In this document: positions 8,380 through 16,890 of the stretch, piece by piece
Position numbering within the stretch: the stretch's first letter is position 1
Layout: every line of letters starts with the position of its first letter
Assembly (NCBI GenBank): GCA_049512315.1
Contig: JBEKXF010000004.1
Coordinates: forward strand, 1 to 64,000
DNA from: Candidatus Aminicenantales bacterium
Lineage (GTDB): Bacteria > Acidobacteriota > Aminicenantia > Aminicenantales > Saccharicenantaceae
Direction of reading: 5' to 3'
Length of the DNA: 64,000 nt
Program-made: the position numbers and the translations under genes
The notes under the pieces: generated by a model
The model's input: only the letters and a program-made list of their open reading frames with translations
The model's database searches: none
Told to the model about the DNA's origin: nothing

Positions 8380-9168
8380 CTAGTTCAGGTAGGCTCTGGC
8401 TCCGGAGAAACGCTCCTTGAAATAGCGGCCGTCGAGAGATTCCTCGCGGACCTTTTTACTTTTGCCCGGGGAATGAATAAAGACGTTCTCTCCGACGTAG
8501 ATCCCCACATGGGATATCGGCCGTCCCGGAGAGACGGAGAAGAAGACGAGGTCGCCCTTTTGCAGCCGGTCCCGGGACACCGTCGTTCCCGCGTGGTATT
8601 GATCCGTCATCGACCGAGGCAGGCTGAGGCCGTTCAGCTGGTAGATCGCCCGGACTAGTCCACTGCAATCGACGCCTTCGCGCCTCGATGTTCCGCCCCA
8701 CGTGTACTCCACACCGATGAAGCTCTCAGCCGTGGCCACCAGCTTTTCCCGGAGGTCCTCTCCCGACAAGATCCGCCTGTAAACGGGGTGATCCTCGGGG
8801 CCGACGACGAAGTAGTCCTCGACGAGCTCTTGCTCGAGAAGTCGGTTGGCTTCCCGGACGGCGGCGTCCCTGGAAGGGAAGTCCCCGAAACGAACTCTAT
8901 AGAGCCCCGACCCCTGTGGAAAATAATAAGCATCCAGGCCGATGTCGTTCAGGGCCTGGGCCAGCCGTCGAGCATTGTCCAGGATGGAGAAGGCGCCAAC
9001 CTGCACGGTGTAGCCCGTCCGCGTCACGGCGGCGCTTGGCGCGGCGGGAGCGGGGGCTGTGGGAGGAGCGGAGAGAGGAATGACTCGGACGTCCGCTCGA
9101 CATCCGGAGAACCAGGCAACGGCGACTCCGAAGAAGACAAGGCTGGCTCTCGTCAAACACATCCTCAT
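8380..9168 (-). CDS. SPOR-domain plus NlpC/P60 (C40) peptidoglycan endopeptidase lipoprotein
   Basis: Lipobox FSGC; YTVQVGAFS SPOR motif; YTWGG...DCSGLV...GDLVFF...HVGIY...FIHS catalytic motifs. Confidence 0.92.
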   Translation of the reverse strand: MRMCLTRASLVFFGVAVAWFSGCRADVRVIPLSAPPTAPAPAAPSAAVTRTGYTVQVGAFSILDNARRLAQALNDIGLDAYYFPQGSGLYRVRFGDFPSRDAAVREANRLLEQELVEDYFVVGPEDHPVYRRILSGEDLREKLVATAESFIGVEYTWGGTSRREGVDCSGLVRAIYQLNGLSLPRSMTDQYHAGTTVSRDRLQKGDLVFFSVSPGRPISHVGIYVGENVFIHSPGKSKKVREESLDGRYFKERFSGARAYLN

Positions 9169-9228
9169 TTTATACTTCCTGCATTGAGTTTTGTCGAACA
9201 GAGGATTGGACGATGGAATTTTTAAGGG

Positions 9229-9267
9229 GACGCCCGGATGCGGCTGGCCGGGCTGACGGGCAGCTGA
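9229..9267 (+). repeat. TPR/kinase 3'-tail remnant (copy 3)
   Basis: DARMRLAGLTGS*; direct repeat of 8255-8293. Confidence 0.7.
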
Positions 9268-9332
9268 TTACCAATTCAGGGCAGCACGTCCCGTCCTGAG
9301 AACCTTGGACTCCGTGACTCACCGAAGGCCCT

Positions 9333-9471
9333 CTCGGGGCCGTCCTTGAGCACAATTCCGAGCACATCATCCGGTAGAGAACTCGCAAGTCATTCATCTC
9401 GCGTCAGTGAAGAGGAAGGCCTGGCTGCCTTCTAAGCAGCGGGTCGGGGGTTCGATTCCCTCCAGGCGCGC
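9333..9471 (+). repeat. attR-like site B: left arm boxes plus tRNA-Arg 3' fragment; direct repeat of 2041-2179
   Basis: Identical 23-nt box pair, identical 52-nt spacing to the tRNA fragment, and 46 of 49 nt identity over the tRNA part. Confidence 0.85.
9424..9470 (+). tRNA. 3' fragment of tRNA-Arg(UCU)
   Basis: GCTGC-CTTCTAA-GCAGC-GGGTC-GGGGG-TTCGATT-CCCTC-CAGGCGC-G; no 5' half. Confidence 0.85.
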
Positions 9472-9745
9472 GTTTTCCATCAAGATCCGCTCCCATCTCT
9501 TGCCGTCTTTGGCGGTCCGCCCCTAACCCCGGAAAAGGGGAGCATTCTCACCGCCGGGGGTGAGACAAAATTTGTAAATTTCACCCAGGCAATGCTCACC
9601 CCCGGTGATTGACGGAAAATGTCGCATCGGCGAAACTGGGTCGCATCGGAGCCGTGGATATGTCCCTGAATAAATATCGGACCGTACAGAGAAAAAAAGG
9701 GGCCGCGAGCGTTAGTAAAAAGGAACGGTTCGGGAGACTAAAGAG

Positions 9746-9775
9746 TTTGACAGGAGTTGTCAAAAACTTTAAGAT
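9746..9775 (+). promoter_or_regulatory. Sigma70 promoter of pilB overlapped by a perfect palindrome
   Basis: TTGACA(9747)-17 bp-TAAGAT(9770); TTTGACA-N5-TGTCAAA at 9746-9764. Confidence 0.7.
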
Positions 9776-9787
9776 TGGGATTTAAAA

Positions 9788-11515
9788 ATGGCCTCAAATC
9801 TTGGCGAACTTCTGTTAAGAGAGAAAATCATCACGGCCGACCAGCTGAAGGCCGCGAGCGATTTCCAAAAGAAGAACAGCCTGCCTGTCGGCACCTCCCT
9901 TGTCCAGCTCGGCTACATCTCCGAAGAGGAGATTGCCCAGGCCCTGAGCCGCCAGCTCGGCTATCCCTACATCGACTTGGACCAGTTCGAGGTCTATCCC
10001 GAGGTCATCAACCTCATCCCCAACGACGTGGCCAAGAAGTACTCGGTCATGCCCATCCACCGGATCCGGACCTTCCTGACTCTAGCCATGGTCGACCCGA
10101 CGGACCTCGAGGTCATCGAGGACATCCGGTTCCGGACGGGGCTCAGCATCCAGCCCGTCATCGCCTCCGAGTCCGGGGTCATGAACGCCATCAACAAGTA
10201 CTACGGGTCGGCCGACGCCATCCGGGTCAAGAAGATCGTCGAGGATATCGAGCTTGCCGAGGAGGGCCGGATCAACATCGTCGAGGTGGAGCCCGAGGAA
10301 GAGAACCTTCATGAGCTCGAGGCCGAGGCCGAGGAGGCCCCGATCATCAAGCTCGTCAACCAGACCTTCATCGAGGCCGTCAAGCGGGGGGCGAGCGACG
10401 TCCACTTCGAACCCTACGAAAACACCTTCCGCGTCCGGTACCGGATCGACGGCGACCTCTACGAAATCGTGAACCTGCCGCTCAAGTACAAAAACCCGGT
10501 CGTGTCCCGGGTCAAGATCCTCTCGCAGATGGACATCGCCGAGAAGCGCCTCCCCCAGGACGGCCGGATCAAGATGCGGGTCAAGCTCGATAACGGCAAG
10601 AAGAAGGAAGTCGACATGCGCGTCTCGTCCCTCCCGACGATGTGGGGGGAGAAGGTCGTGGCCCGGATCCTCGACAAGGAGATGCTCAAGCTCGACCTGA
10701 CCCAGCTCGGGTTCGAGGAAGAGTCCCTGGCGATGTTCCAGGAGGCCATCCATCGGCCCTGGGGCATCGTCATCGTGTCCGGCCCGACCGGAAGCGGCAA
10801 GACGAACACCCTCTACTCGGCCGTCTCGACCATCAATTCGCTCGATATAAACATCATGACGGCCGAGGACCCCGTCGAGTTCAACATCCAGGGCATCAAC
10901 CAGGTGCCGGTCCGTGAAGAGATCGGGCTGACCTTCGCCGCCTGTCTCCGGACCTTCCTGAGGCAGGACCCCGACATCATGCTCGTCGGCGAAATGCGTG
11001 ACCTCGAAACCGTGGACGTCGCGATCAAGGCTGCCCTGACCGGCCACCTGGTCTTCTCCACCATCCACACGAACGACGCCGCGAGCTCCATCACCCGCTT
11101 GGTCAACATGAACGTCGAACCCTTCCTGATCGCCGACTCCCTCATCCTCGTCGCGGCCCAACGGCTCATCCGCCGTCTGTGCAAGAAGTGCGCCCAGCCC
11201 CACAGCCTGCCCGAGACCGCCCTGCTCGAAATGGGCTTCCGAAAGGACGAACTCAAGGGGCTCCACATCCTGCGGCCGAAGGGCTGCGATGCCTGCAACA
11301 AGACCGGCTACAAGGGCCGGACCGCCCTCTTCGAGGTCATGAGGATCGACGAGGACATCCGGGAGATGATTCTCTCCCGGGCCCAGTCCCGCGAGATCAA
11401 GAAGAAGGCCATCGAGAAGGGCATGCTGACCTTGAGACGGAGCGGGCTGACCAAGATCAAGGGCGGGATCACGTCGGTCGAGGAAGTCCTGCGCGAAACG
11501 GTCCGGGACGAATAA
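9788..11515 (+). CDS. pilB: Type IV-A pilus assembly ATPase PilB
   Basis: MshEN-like N-terminus, ASDVHFEP, GPTGSGKT, AEDPVE, LRQDPD, TGHLVFSTIHTND and a tetracysteine motif. Confidence 0.97.
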   Translation: MASNLGELLLREKIITADQLKAASDFQKKNSLPVGTSLVQLGYISEEEIAQALSRQLGYPYIDLDQFEVYPEVINLIPNDVAKKYSVMPIHRIRTFLTLAMVDPTDLEVIEDIRFRTGLSIQPVIASESGVMNAINKYYGSADAIRVKKIVEDIELAEEGRINIVEVEPEEENLHELEAEAEEAPIIKLVNQTFIEAVKRGASDVHFEPYENTFRVRYRIDGDLYEIVNLPLKYKNPVVSRVKILSQMDIAEKRLPQDGRIKMRVKLDNGKKKEVDMRVSSLPTMWGEKVVARILDKEMLKLDLTQLGFEEESLAMFQEAIHRPWGIVIVSGPTGSGKTNTLYSAVSTINSLDINIMTAEDPVEFNIQGINQVPVREEIGLTFAACLRTFLRQDPDIMLVGEMRDLETVDVAIKAALTGHLVFSTIHTNDAASSITRLVNMNVEPFLIADSLILVAAQRLIRRLCKKCAQPHSLPETALLEMGFRKDELKGLHILRPKGCDACNKTGYKGRTALFEVMRIDEDIREMILSRAQSREIKKKAIEKGMLTLRRSGLTKIKGGITSVEEVLRETVRDE

Positions 11516-11537
11516 GAGAAAATCCGAGGAGGAACCC

Positions 11538-12647
11538 ATGGCTAAAGCAATGTATGAGTTTCTGAAGGCGTGCATGGAGGCCGACGCGAGCGACCTCCAT
11601 ATCACGACATACATCCCGCCGCGGATCCGCGTCCACGGAAGGCTCAAAGACCTCGACCATCCCGCGCTGAACCCCACCGAGACCAAGGAGATCATCTACA
11701 GCATCATGACGGACAAGCAGAAGAAGCTCTTCGAGGACAAGTGGGAGCTCGACTTCTCCTTCGGCGTCAAGGATCTCGGCCGCTTCCGGGCCAACGTCTT
11801 CATGCAGAAGGGGGCGGTGGCCGGGGCCTTCCGGCGCTTCCTGCCGACGATGTGGAGCTTCGCCCAGCTCGGGATCCCCCAGCGGGTCCAGCAGCTCTGC
11901 TACCTGCCCCGGGGCCTGGTCCTCGTCACCGGGCCGACCGGGTGCGGGAAGTCGACGAGCCTGGCCTGCATGATCGAGCACATCAACCACGAGCGGGACG
12001 TCCATATCGTAACCATCGAGGACCCCATCGAGTACTACTTCTCGCCGAGGAAGTCGATCATCAACCAGCGCGAGCTCTACGGCGATACCCAGTCCTACGG
12101 GAACGCCCTGCGGTCGGTCCTGCGCGAGGACCCGGACGTCGTCCTCGTCGGCGAGATGCGCGACCTTGAGACCGTCGAGGCCACGCTCCGCGTCGCGGAA
12201 ACGGGCCACCTGACGTTCTCGACCCTCCACACGAACTCGGCCGTCGAATCCATCAGCCGGATCATCGATATCTTCCCGAGCCAGTACCAGACCCAGATCC
12301 GGATCATGCTGTCGATGTCGCTCGAAGCGGTCCTGACCCAGGCCCTCCTGCCCCGGACCGACGGCAAGGCCCGCGTCCTGGCCATGGAGATCATGATCCC
12401 GAACGTGGCCATCCGGAACCTCATCCGGGAGAACAAGATCCACCAGATCTATTCGGCCATGCAGATGGGCCAGGAGAAGTTCGGGATGCAGACCTTCAAC
12501 CAGTCCCTGGCCAACCTGTATTTCCGGAAGCTGATCAGTCTCGATACGGCGATGGGCGTTTCGTCCTTCCCCGAGGAGCTGACCGATATCATCCAGCGCC
12601 GGGAGGGGGCTAGGCCCCCGTCCGCGGGAGTGACTTCGAGGAAATAG
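11538..12647 (+). CDS. pilT: Type IV pilus retraction ATPase PilT
   Basis: ASDLHI, GPTGCGKST, TIEDPIE, LREDPD and the AIRNLIRE signature. Confidence 0.97.
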   Translation: MAKAMYEFLKACMEADASDLHITTYIPPRIRVHGRLKDLDHPALNPTETKEIIYSIMTDKQKKLFEDKWELDFSFGVKDLGRFRANVFMQKGAVAGAFRRFLPTMWSFAQLGIPQRVQQLCYLPRGLVLVTGPTGCGKSTSLACMIEHINHERDVHIVTIEDPIEYYFSPRKSIINQRELYGDTQSYGNALRSVLREDPDVVLVGEMRDLETVEATLRVAETGHLTFSTLHTNSAVESISRIIDIFPSQYQTQIRIMLSMSLEAVLTQALLPRTDGKARVLAMEIMIPNVAIRNLIRENKIHQIYSAMQMGQEKFGMQTFNQSLANLYFRKLISLDTAMGVSSFPEELTDIIQRREGARPPSAGVTSRK

Positions 12648-12675
12648 GGGACACCCAAGAAAAGCGAGGTGAAAG

Positions 12676-13878
12676 ATGCCGACATATGCATGGAAAGGCA
12701 AGAACCGTTACGGTGACATGGTCGGCGGCGAGCGCATCGCCGCCTCGACGGAGGAGCTGACGAGGGTCCTTCAGAAGGACCAGATTACGATCACTAGCGT
12801 CGCCGCCGTTAGGAAGGGCTTCCAGATCCCGTTCCTGAAGAGGGAGAAGGTCAGGCTCAAGGAGCTGTCCGTCTACAGCCGCCAGCTCTCGGTCCTGATC
12901 GACGCCGAACTGCCCCTGATCCAGAGTCTGACCATCCTCGAGGAGCAGCAGAAGAACAAGTATTTCAAGACCGTCATCCGGACCATTAGGGAAGACGTCG
13001 AAGCGGGCTCGACCCTGAACCAGGCCAAGCGGAAGCACCCCAAGGTCTTCGACGACCTCTACTGCAACCTCGTGGCCTCGGGCGAGCAGAGCGGCTCCCT
13101 TGACATCATGCTCCGGCGCCTGGCCGAGTACATCGAACGGACCGTCAAGCTGAGGGCCCAGGTCCGGCAGGCTATGATCTATCCCGTGGCCATCCTGATC
13201 TTCGCGGTCGTGGTGAGCATCTTCCTCCTCTGGAAGGTCATCCCAGTCTTCGCTTCGATCTTCCGGGACCTGGGGGCCGAGCTCCCCATGCTGACGGCGG
13301 TCATCATCAAGCTGAGCGGTTTCGTCCAGAAGTACATCATCTTCATCTTCCTGGGGATCATTGGCCTGTTTTTCGCGTTCCGCTATTACCGGAACACGAC
13401 CCAGGGGCGCTGGACCACAGACCGCCTGATGCTGAAGATCCCTCTGTTCGGCTCGCTCCTCTACAAGGTCGCCATGACCCGCGTGACCCGGACCCTGAGC
13501 ACCCTCATCTCCGGCGGCGTGCCCATGCTCGAGGCCCTCAAGATCACGTCCTCGACGGCGGGGAACGTGCTCATCGAGAAGGAGATCATGGACGCCCGGA
13601 AGCTCGTCTCGGAAGGGAAAACCATGAACGAAGCCTTCCGGGAGTCCGGCCGTTTCCCGCTGATGATGCTCCAGATGATCAACGTCGGAGAGGCGACCGG
13701 GACGCTCGACGAAATGCTGAGCAAGCTCGCGATCTTCTACGACGAGGAGGTCGAGACGAGCGTTGCGGCCCTCCTCTCGGTCATGGAGCCGATCTTGCTC
13801 ATTTTCGTCGGCGGGCTTGTTGGCAGCCTGGTCATTTCCATGTACCTGCCGATCTTCAGCCTGATCTCGAAGTTCTAA
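12676..13878 (+). CDS. pilC: Type IV pilus platform protein PilC (T2SS F family)
   Basis: Two GspF domains (GEQSGSLD, GEATGTLDEML), AMIYP and MYLPIF. Confidence 0.95.
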   Translation: MPTYAWKGKNRYGDMVGGERIAASTEELTRVLQKDQITITSVAAVRKGFQIPFLKREKVRLKELSVYSRQLSVLIDAELPLIQSLTILEEQQKNKYFKTVIRTIREDVEAGSTLNQAKRKHPKVFDDLYCNLVASGEQSGSLDIMLRRLAEYIERTVKLRAQVRQAMIYPVAILIFAVVVSIFLLWKVIPVFASIFRDLGAELPMLTAVIIKLSGFVQKYIIFIFLGIIGLFFAFRYYRNTTQGRWTTDRLMLKIPLFGSLLYKVAMTRVTRTLSTLISGGVPMLEALKITSSTAGNVLIEKEIMDARKLVSEGKTMNEAFRESGRFPLMMLQMINVGEATGTLDEMLSKLAIFYDEEVETSVAALLSVMEPILLIFVGGLVGSLVISMYLPIFSLISKF

Positions 13879-13994
13879 AGGGATCGAAAATTAGGGCGGA
13901 CAGCCGTCCGCCCGGACGCTCGGCGAGCGCCCGGGACGCCGGGACGAGCACGCGAAGGGAAAGGGAATATCAAGACGAGTCCGAGGACGATGCC

Positions 13995-15266
13995 ATGACG
14001 GACAAGGTCGACCGCAAGAGTATCCTCCTGATGATCATCTTCAGGGGGATCATCGTGACCCTCCTTCTCCTTCTTGCCCTCGCCATCGAGTATTCGGCCT
14101 CCTTCAGCTTCTCGTTCATCCCTTTCATCAAGATCATCCTGGCGGCCTACATCCTCTCGGCCGCTTACTTCCTCTTCTATTACTGGGGCCGCTACCCGGC
14201 CGTCCAGGCCTATGTCCAGGTCATCTTGGACCTCGTCCTGATCACGGCCCTCGTCTACGCCACGGGCGGGACCGCCAGTTCGGCCTATTTCCTCTATGTC
14301 TTCCCGATCATGGGGGCTGCGCTCATTCTTTCCAACCGGGCCTCCTACCTGACGGCGAGCCTGGCGGCGATCCTCTTCGGTGGCCTGGTGGATGGGATGT
14401 ACCTGGGCGTCATCCCCAGCACGGGAGTCGACACGGCGGCCGGGATGACACTCGGCTCCGTCCTCTATCTGATCTTCGTCCCCTGGAGCGCCTTTTTCCT
14501 CATCGCCTTCCTGACGAATTCCCTGGCCGGGCGGCTCAGGAAAACGCGCCTTGCCCTCCACGAGGCCGAGCGGGAGCTCCTCGTCCGGGAGCGGCTGTCC
14601 GCGGCCGGGCGGGTTTCGGCCAGCCTGGCCCACGAGATCCGCAATCCTCTGGCCGCCATCTCGGGGTCCGTCCAGGTTCTGAAGAAGGAGCTCGCCCTCA
14701 ACCCGGAGCAGCGCGAGCTCATGGAGATCGTCCTCAAGGAATCCGAACGGGTCTCCCACAACCTCGACCAGTTCCTGGATTTTGCGCTGCCGACCAAACA
14801 GGTCTTTTCCGTGATCAGCCTCCCCGAGCTCCTCGACGAGACGCTCAAGATCCTCAAGGCCGGCGGCGAGCTCAACGGCCGCGTCCAGGTCCAGGGGAAT
14901 TTCCTGGCCTCGGGGCTCCATTACTACGGGAGCCCGGGCCAGTTCAAGCAGGTTTTCTGGAATATCATCAAGAACGCGATCCGGGCCATGCCGGGCAGCG
15001 GCGTCCTGAACATCGATTTCCTTGGGCCGCGAATGAGCGAGATCGAGCTCCGGTTCTCCGACTCGGGTAAGGGCATGTCCCGGGAGGAAAAGGAGCATCT
15101 TTTCGAGCCCTTCCACTCGGGCTTCGAGGGCGGCCGCGGCCTGGGGCTGGCCGTCGTCCGCCGGATCGTGGACGACTACGACGGCCGGATCGACATCCGG
15201 TCCGAGCTCGACCACGGGACCGAGGTGGTCATCACCCTCCCTGTCCGTGAAACTCCGAAGAATTAA
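13995..15266 (+). CDS. pilS: PilS-like sensor histidine kinase
   Basis: Multi-TM N-terminus, LAHEIRNPL H-box, N-box QVFWNIIKNA and G-boxes; located between pilC and pilR. Confidence 0.85.
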   Translation: MTDKVDRKSILLMIIFRGIIVTLLLLLALAIEYSASFSFSFIPFIKIILAAYILSAAYFLFYYWGRYPAVQAYVQVILDLVLITALVYATGGTASSAYFLYVFPIMGAALILSNRASYLTASLAAILFGGLVDGMYLGVIPSTGVDTAAGMTLGSVLYLIFVPWSAFFLIAFLTNSLAGRLRKTRLALHEAERELLVRERLSAAGRVSASLAHEIRNPLAAISGSVQVLKKELALNPEQRELMEIVLKESERVSHNLDQFLDFALPTKQVFSVISLPELLDETLKILKAGGELNGRVQVQGNFLASGLHYYGSPGQFKQVFWNIIKNAIRAMPGSGVLNIDFLGPRMSEIELRFSDSGKGMSREEKEHLFEPFHSGFEGGRGLGLAVVRRIVDDYDGRIDIRSELDHGTEVVITLPVRETPKN

Positions 15267-15276
15267 GGCAGCGACG

Positions 15277-16677
15277 ATGGAAAACGTTTTGATCATCGAC
15301 GACGAAAAGAGCCTTCTCGACCTCCTCTCGGTCGTTTTCAAGAAGGAAGGCTACGGGGTCAGGACCGCGCTTTCGGCCGCCAAGGGCTTCGATGTCCTCG
15401 AGAAGGACGACATCGACCTGGTCGTGACGGACATCAAGATGCCCGAGACCGACGGCATGGAGGTCCTCAAGCTCGTCCGGGAGAAGCACCCGGACGTCCC
15501 GGTCGTGATGATCACGGCCTATGGCAGCATCAACCAGGCCGTCGAGGCCCTCAAGGCCGGCGCCCTGGACTACGTCGTCAAGCCGTTCGACGTCGAGGAG
15601 CTGAAGATCATCGTCGGCCGGGGCCTGGCCGAGCGCCGGCTCAAGCAGGAGAATATCCTCCTCAAGCGCGACCTCAAGGAGCGCTACAGCTTCGAGAACA
15701 TGATCGGCAAGAGCCGCTCGATGCAGGAGATCTACATCCTGATCGAGAAGGTGGCCTCCACGGACTCGACCGTCCTCGTCACGGGCGAGAGTGGGACGGG
15801 GAAGGAGATGGCGGCCCGGGCCATCCATTTCCAGAGCGGCCGCAACGACCGTCAGTTCGTCTCCATCAACTGCGCCGCCCTGCCGGAAAACCTCCTCGAA
15901 AGCGAGCTCTTCGGCCACACCAAGGGCTCTTTTACAGGGGCCGTGACCGACAAGAAGGGGATGTTCGAGGTCGCCCAACGGGGGACACTCTTCCTCGACG
16001 AGGTGGGCGAGATGTCGCCCTGGACCCAGGTCAAGCTCCTCCGGGCCATCCAGGAGAGGACCGTCCGGCGGGTCGGAGGCACGGAAGAGATCCCTGTCGA
16101 CGTCCGGATCATCGCCGCCACCAACCAGGACCTCAAGAAAAGGATCCAGGAGGGAAAGTTCCGGGAGGAGCTGTTCTACCGGCTGAACGTCATCTCCTTC
16201 GACATGCCGCCCCTCCGGAAGCGGACCGAGGACATCCCCCTTCTCGTGACGTATTTTCTCCAGAAGCACTGCGACCGGCTGGGGAAGAAAATCAAAAGGT
16301 TCACTCCCGAGGTCATCGGGCTGCTCGAGGCCTACGCCTGGCCGGGGAACATCCGCGAGCTCGAGAACGTCATTGAACGCATCGTGGCCATCGAGGATAG
16401 GGAGACCGTGACGGTTGGCTGCCTGCCCAAGGAGATCGTCTCCCCGCAGAAAAACAAGCCCGACACGACGCACTTCTTCGAGCCGGGCTTCAACCTGACG
16501 GTGTATCTCGACGACGTGGCCAAGAACTACGTCGGCCAGGCCCTCATGGCCACGGCCGGGAGCATCCAGAAAGCCGCCCCGCTCCTCGGCATCAGCTACA
16601 GGACGATGCGCTACCTGATTGGAAAGTACGACCTGAACAAGGTCAGGAAGAATGACAAAAAGGCGCTATCTGAGTAA
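15277..16677 (+). CDS. pilR: Sigma54-dependent response regulator PilR (NtrC family)
   Basis: Receiver domain (DIKMP), GESGTGKE, ESELFGH.KGSFTGA, FLDEVGE, WPGNIREL and a C-terminal HTH. Confidence 0.92.
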   Translation: MENVLIIDDEKSLLDLLSVVFKKEGYGVRTALSAAKGFDVLEKDDIDLVVTDIKMPETDGMEVLKLVREKHPDVPVVMITAYGSINQAVEALKAGALDYVVKPFDVEELKIIVGRGLAERRLKQENILLKRDLKERYSFENMIGKSRSMQEIYILIEKVASTDSTVLVTGESGTGKEMAARAIHFQSGRNDRQFVSINCAALPENLLESELFGHTKGSFTGAVTDKKGMFEVAQRGTLFLDEVGEMSPWTQVKLLRAIQERTVRRVGGTEEIPVDVRIIAATNQDLKKRIQEGKFREELFYRLNVISFDMPPLRKRTEDIPLLVTYFLQKHCDRLGKKIKRFTPEVIGLLEAYAWPGNIRELENVIERIVAIEDRETVTVGCLPKEIVSPQKNKPDTTHFFEPGFNLTVYLDDVAKNYVGQALMATAGSIQKAAPLLGISYRTMRYLIGKYDLNKVRKNDKKALSE

Positions 16678-16694
16678 AAGATCCCAAGTTGAGT

Positions 16695-16727
16695 GGCAAT
16701 AAATGTCATATAAAGACAATAATTGGC
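16695..16727 (+). promoter_or_regulatory. Candidate PilR enhancer sites (two GACA-N5-TGTC-like boxes 20 bp apart)
   Basis: GGCAATAAATGTC and GACAATAATTGGC lie about 80-110 bp upstream of the -24 element. Confidence 0.45.
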
Positions 16728-16775
16728 TACTTTTGTCCAACAGTCGAAAGGAAGTAAATATTGTATCTTATTATA

Positions 16776-16788
16776 TATCAATATCTTA
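16776..16788 (+). promoter_or_regulatory. IHF binding site
   Basis: TATCAA-TATC-TTA matches WATCAANNNNTTR and lies in an AT-rich tract between the enhancer and the sigma54 promoter. Confidence 0.65.
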
Positions 16789-16804
16789 TAAATATTTATA
16801 GACT

Positions 16805-16820
16805 TGGCACGGTTATTGCT
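16805..16820 (+). promoter_or_regulatory. Sigma54 (-24/-12) promoter of the pilin gene
   Basis: TGGCAC-GGTTA-TTGCT, a perfect consensus match. Confidence 0.9.
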
Positions 16821-16890
16821 CTAGTATAGAGCGTCAATTGAGCTTAACAAACCTTGACTGAGAAAAACAGCAAGGAAAAGGAGGTTTAAA

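Noticed and set aside
2041..9471. CRISPR array or integron attC array as the explanation for the repeats
   Set aside because: The repeats are kilobases apart and tRNA-derived, with no regular spacers, no cas genes, no intI and no evident RYYYAAC...GTTRRRY attC pairs.
15100..15150. Atypical PilS F/G2 box (FHSGFEGGRGLGL)
   Set aside because: The key glycines and the H and N boxes are retained; probably lineage-specific variation.
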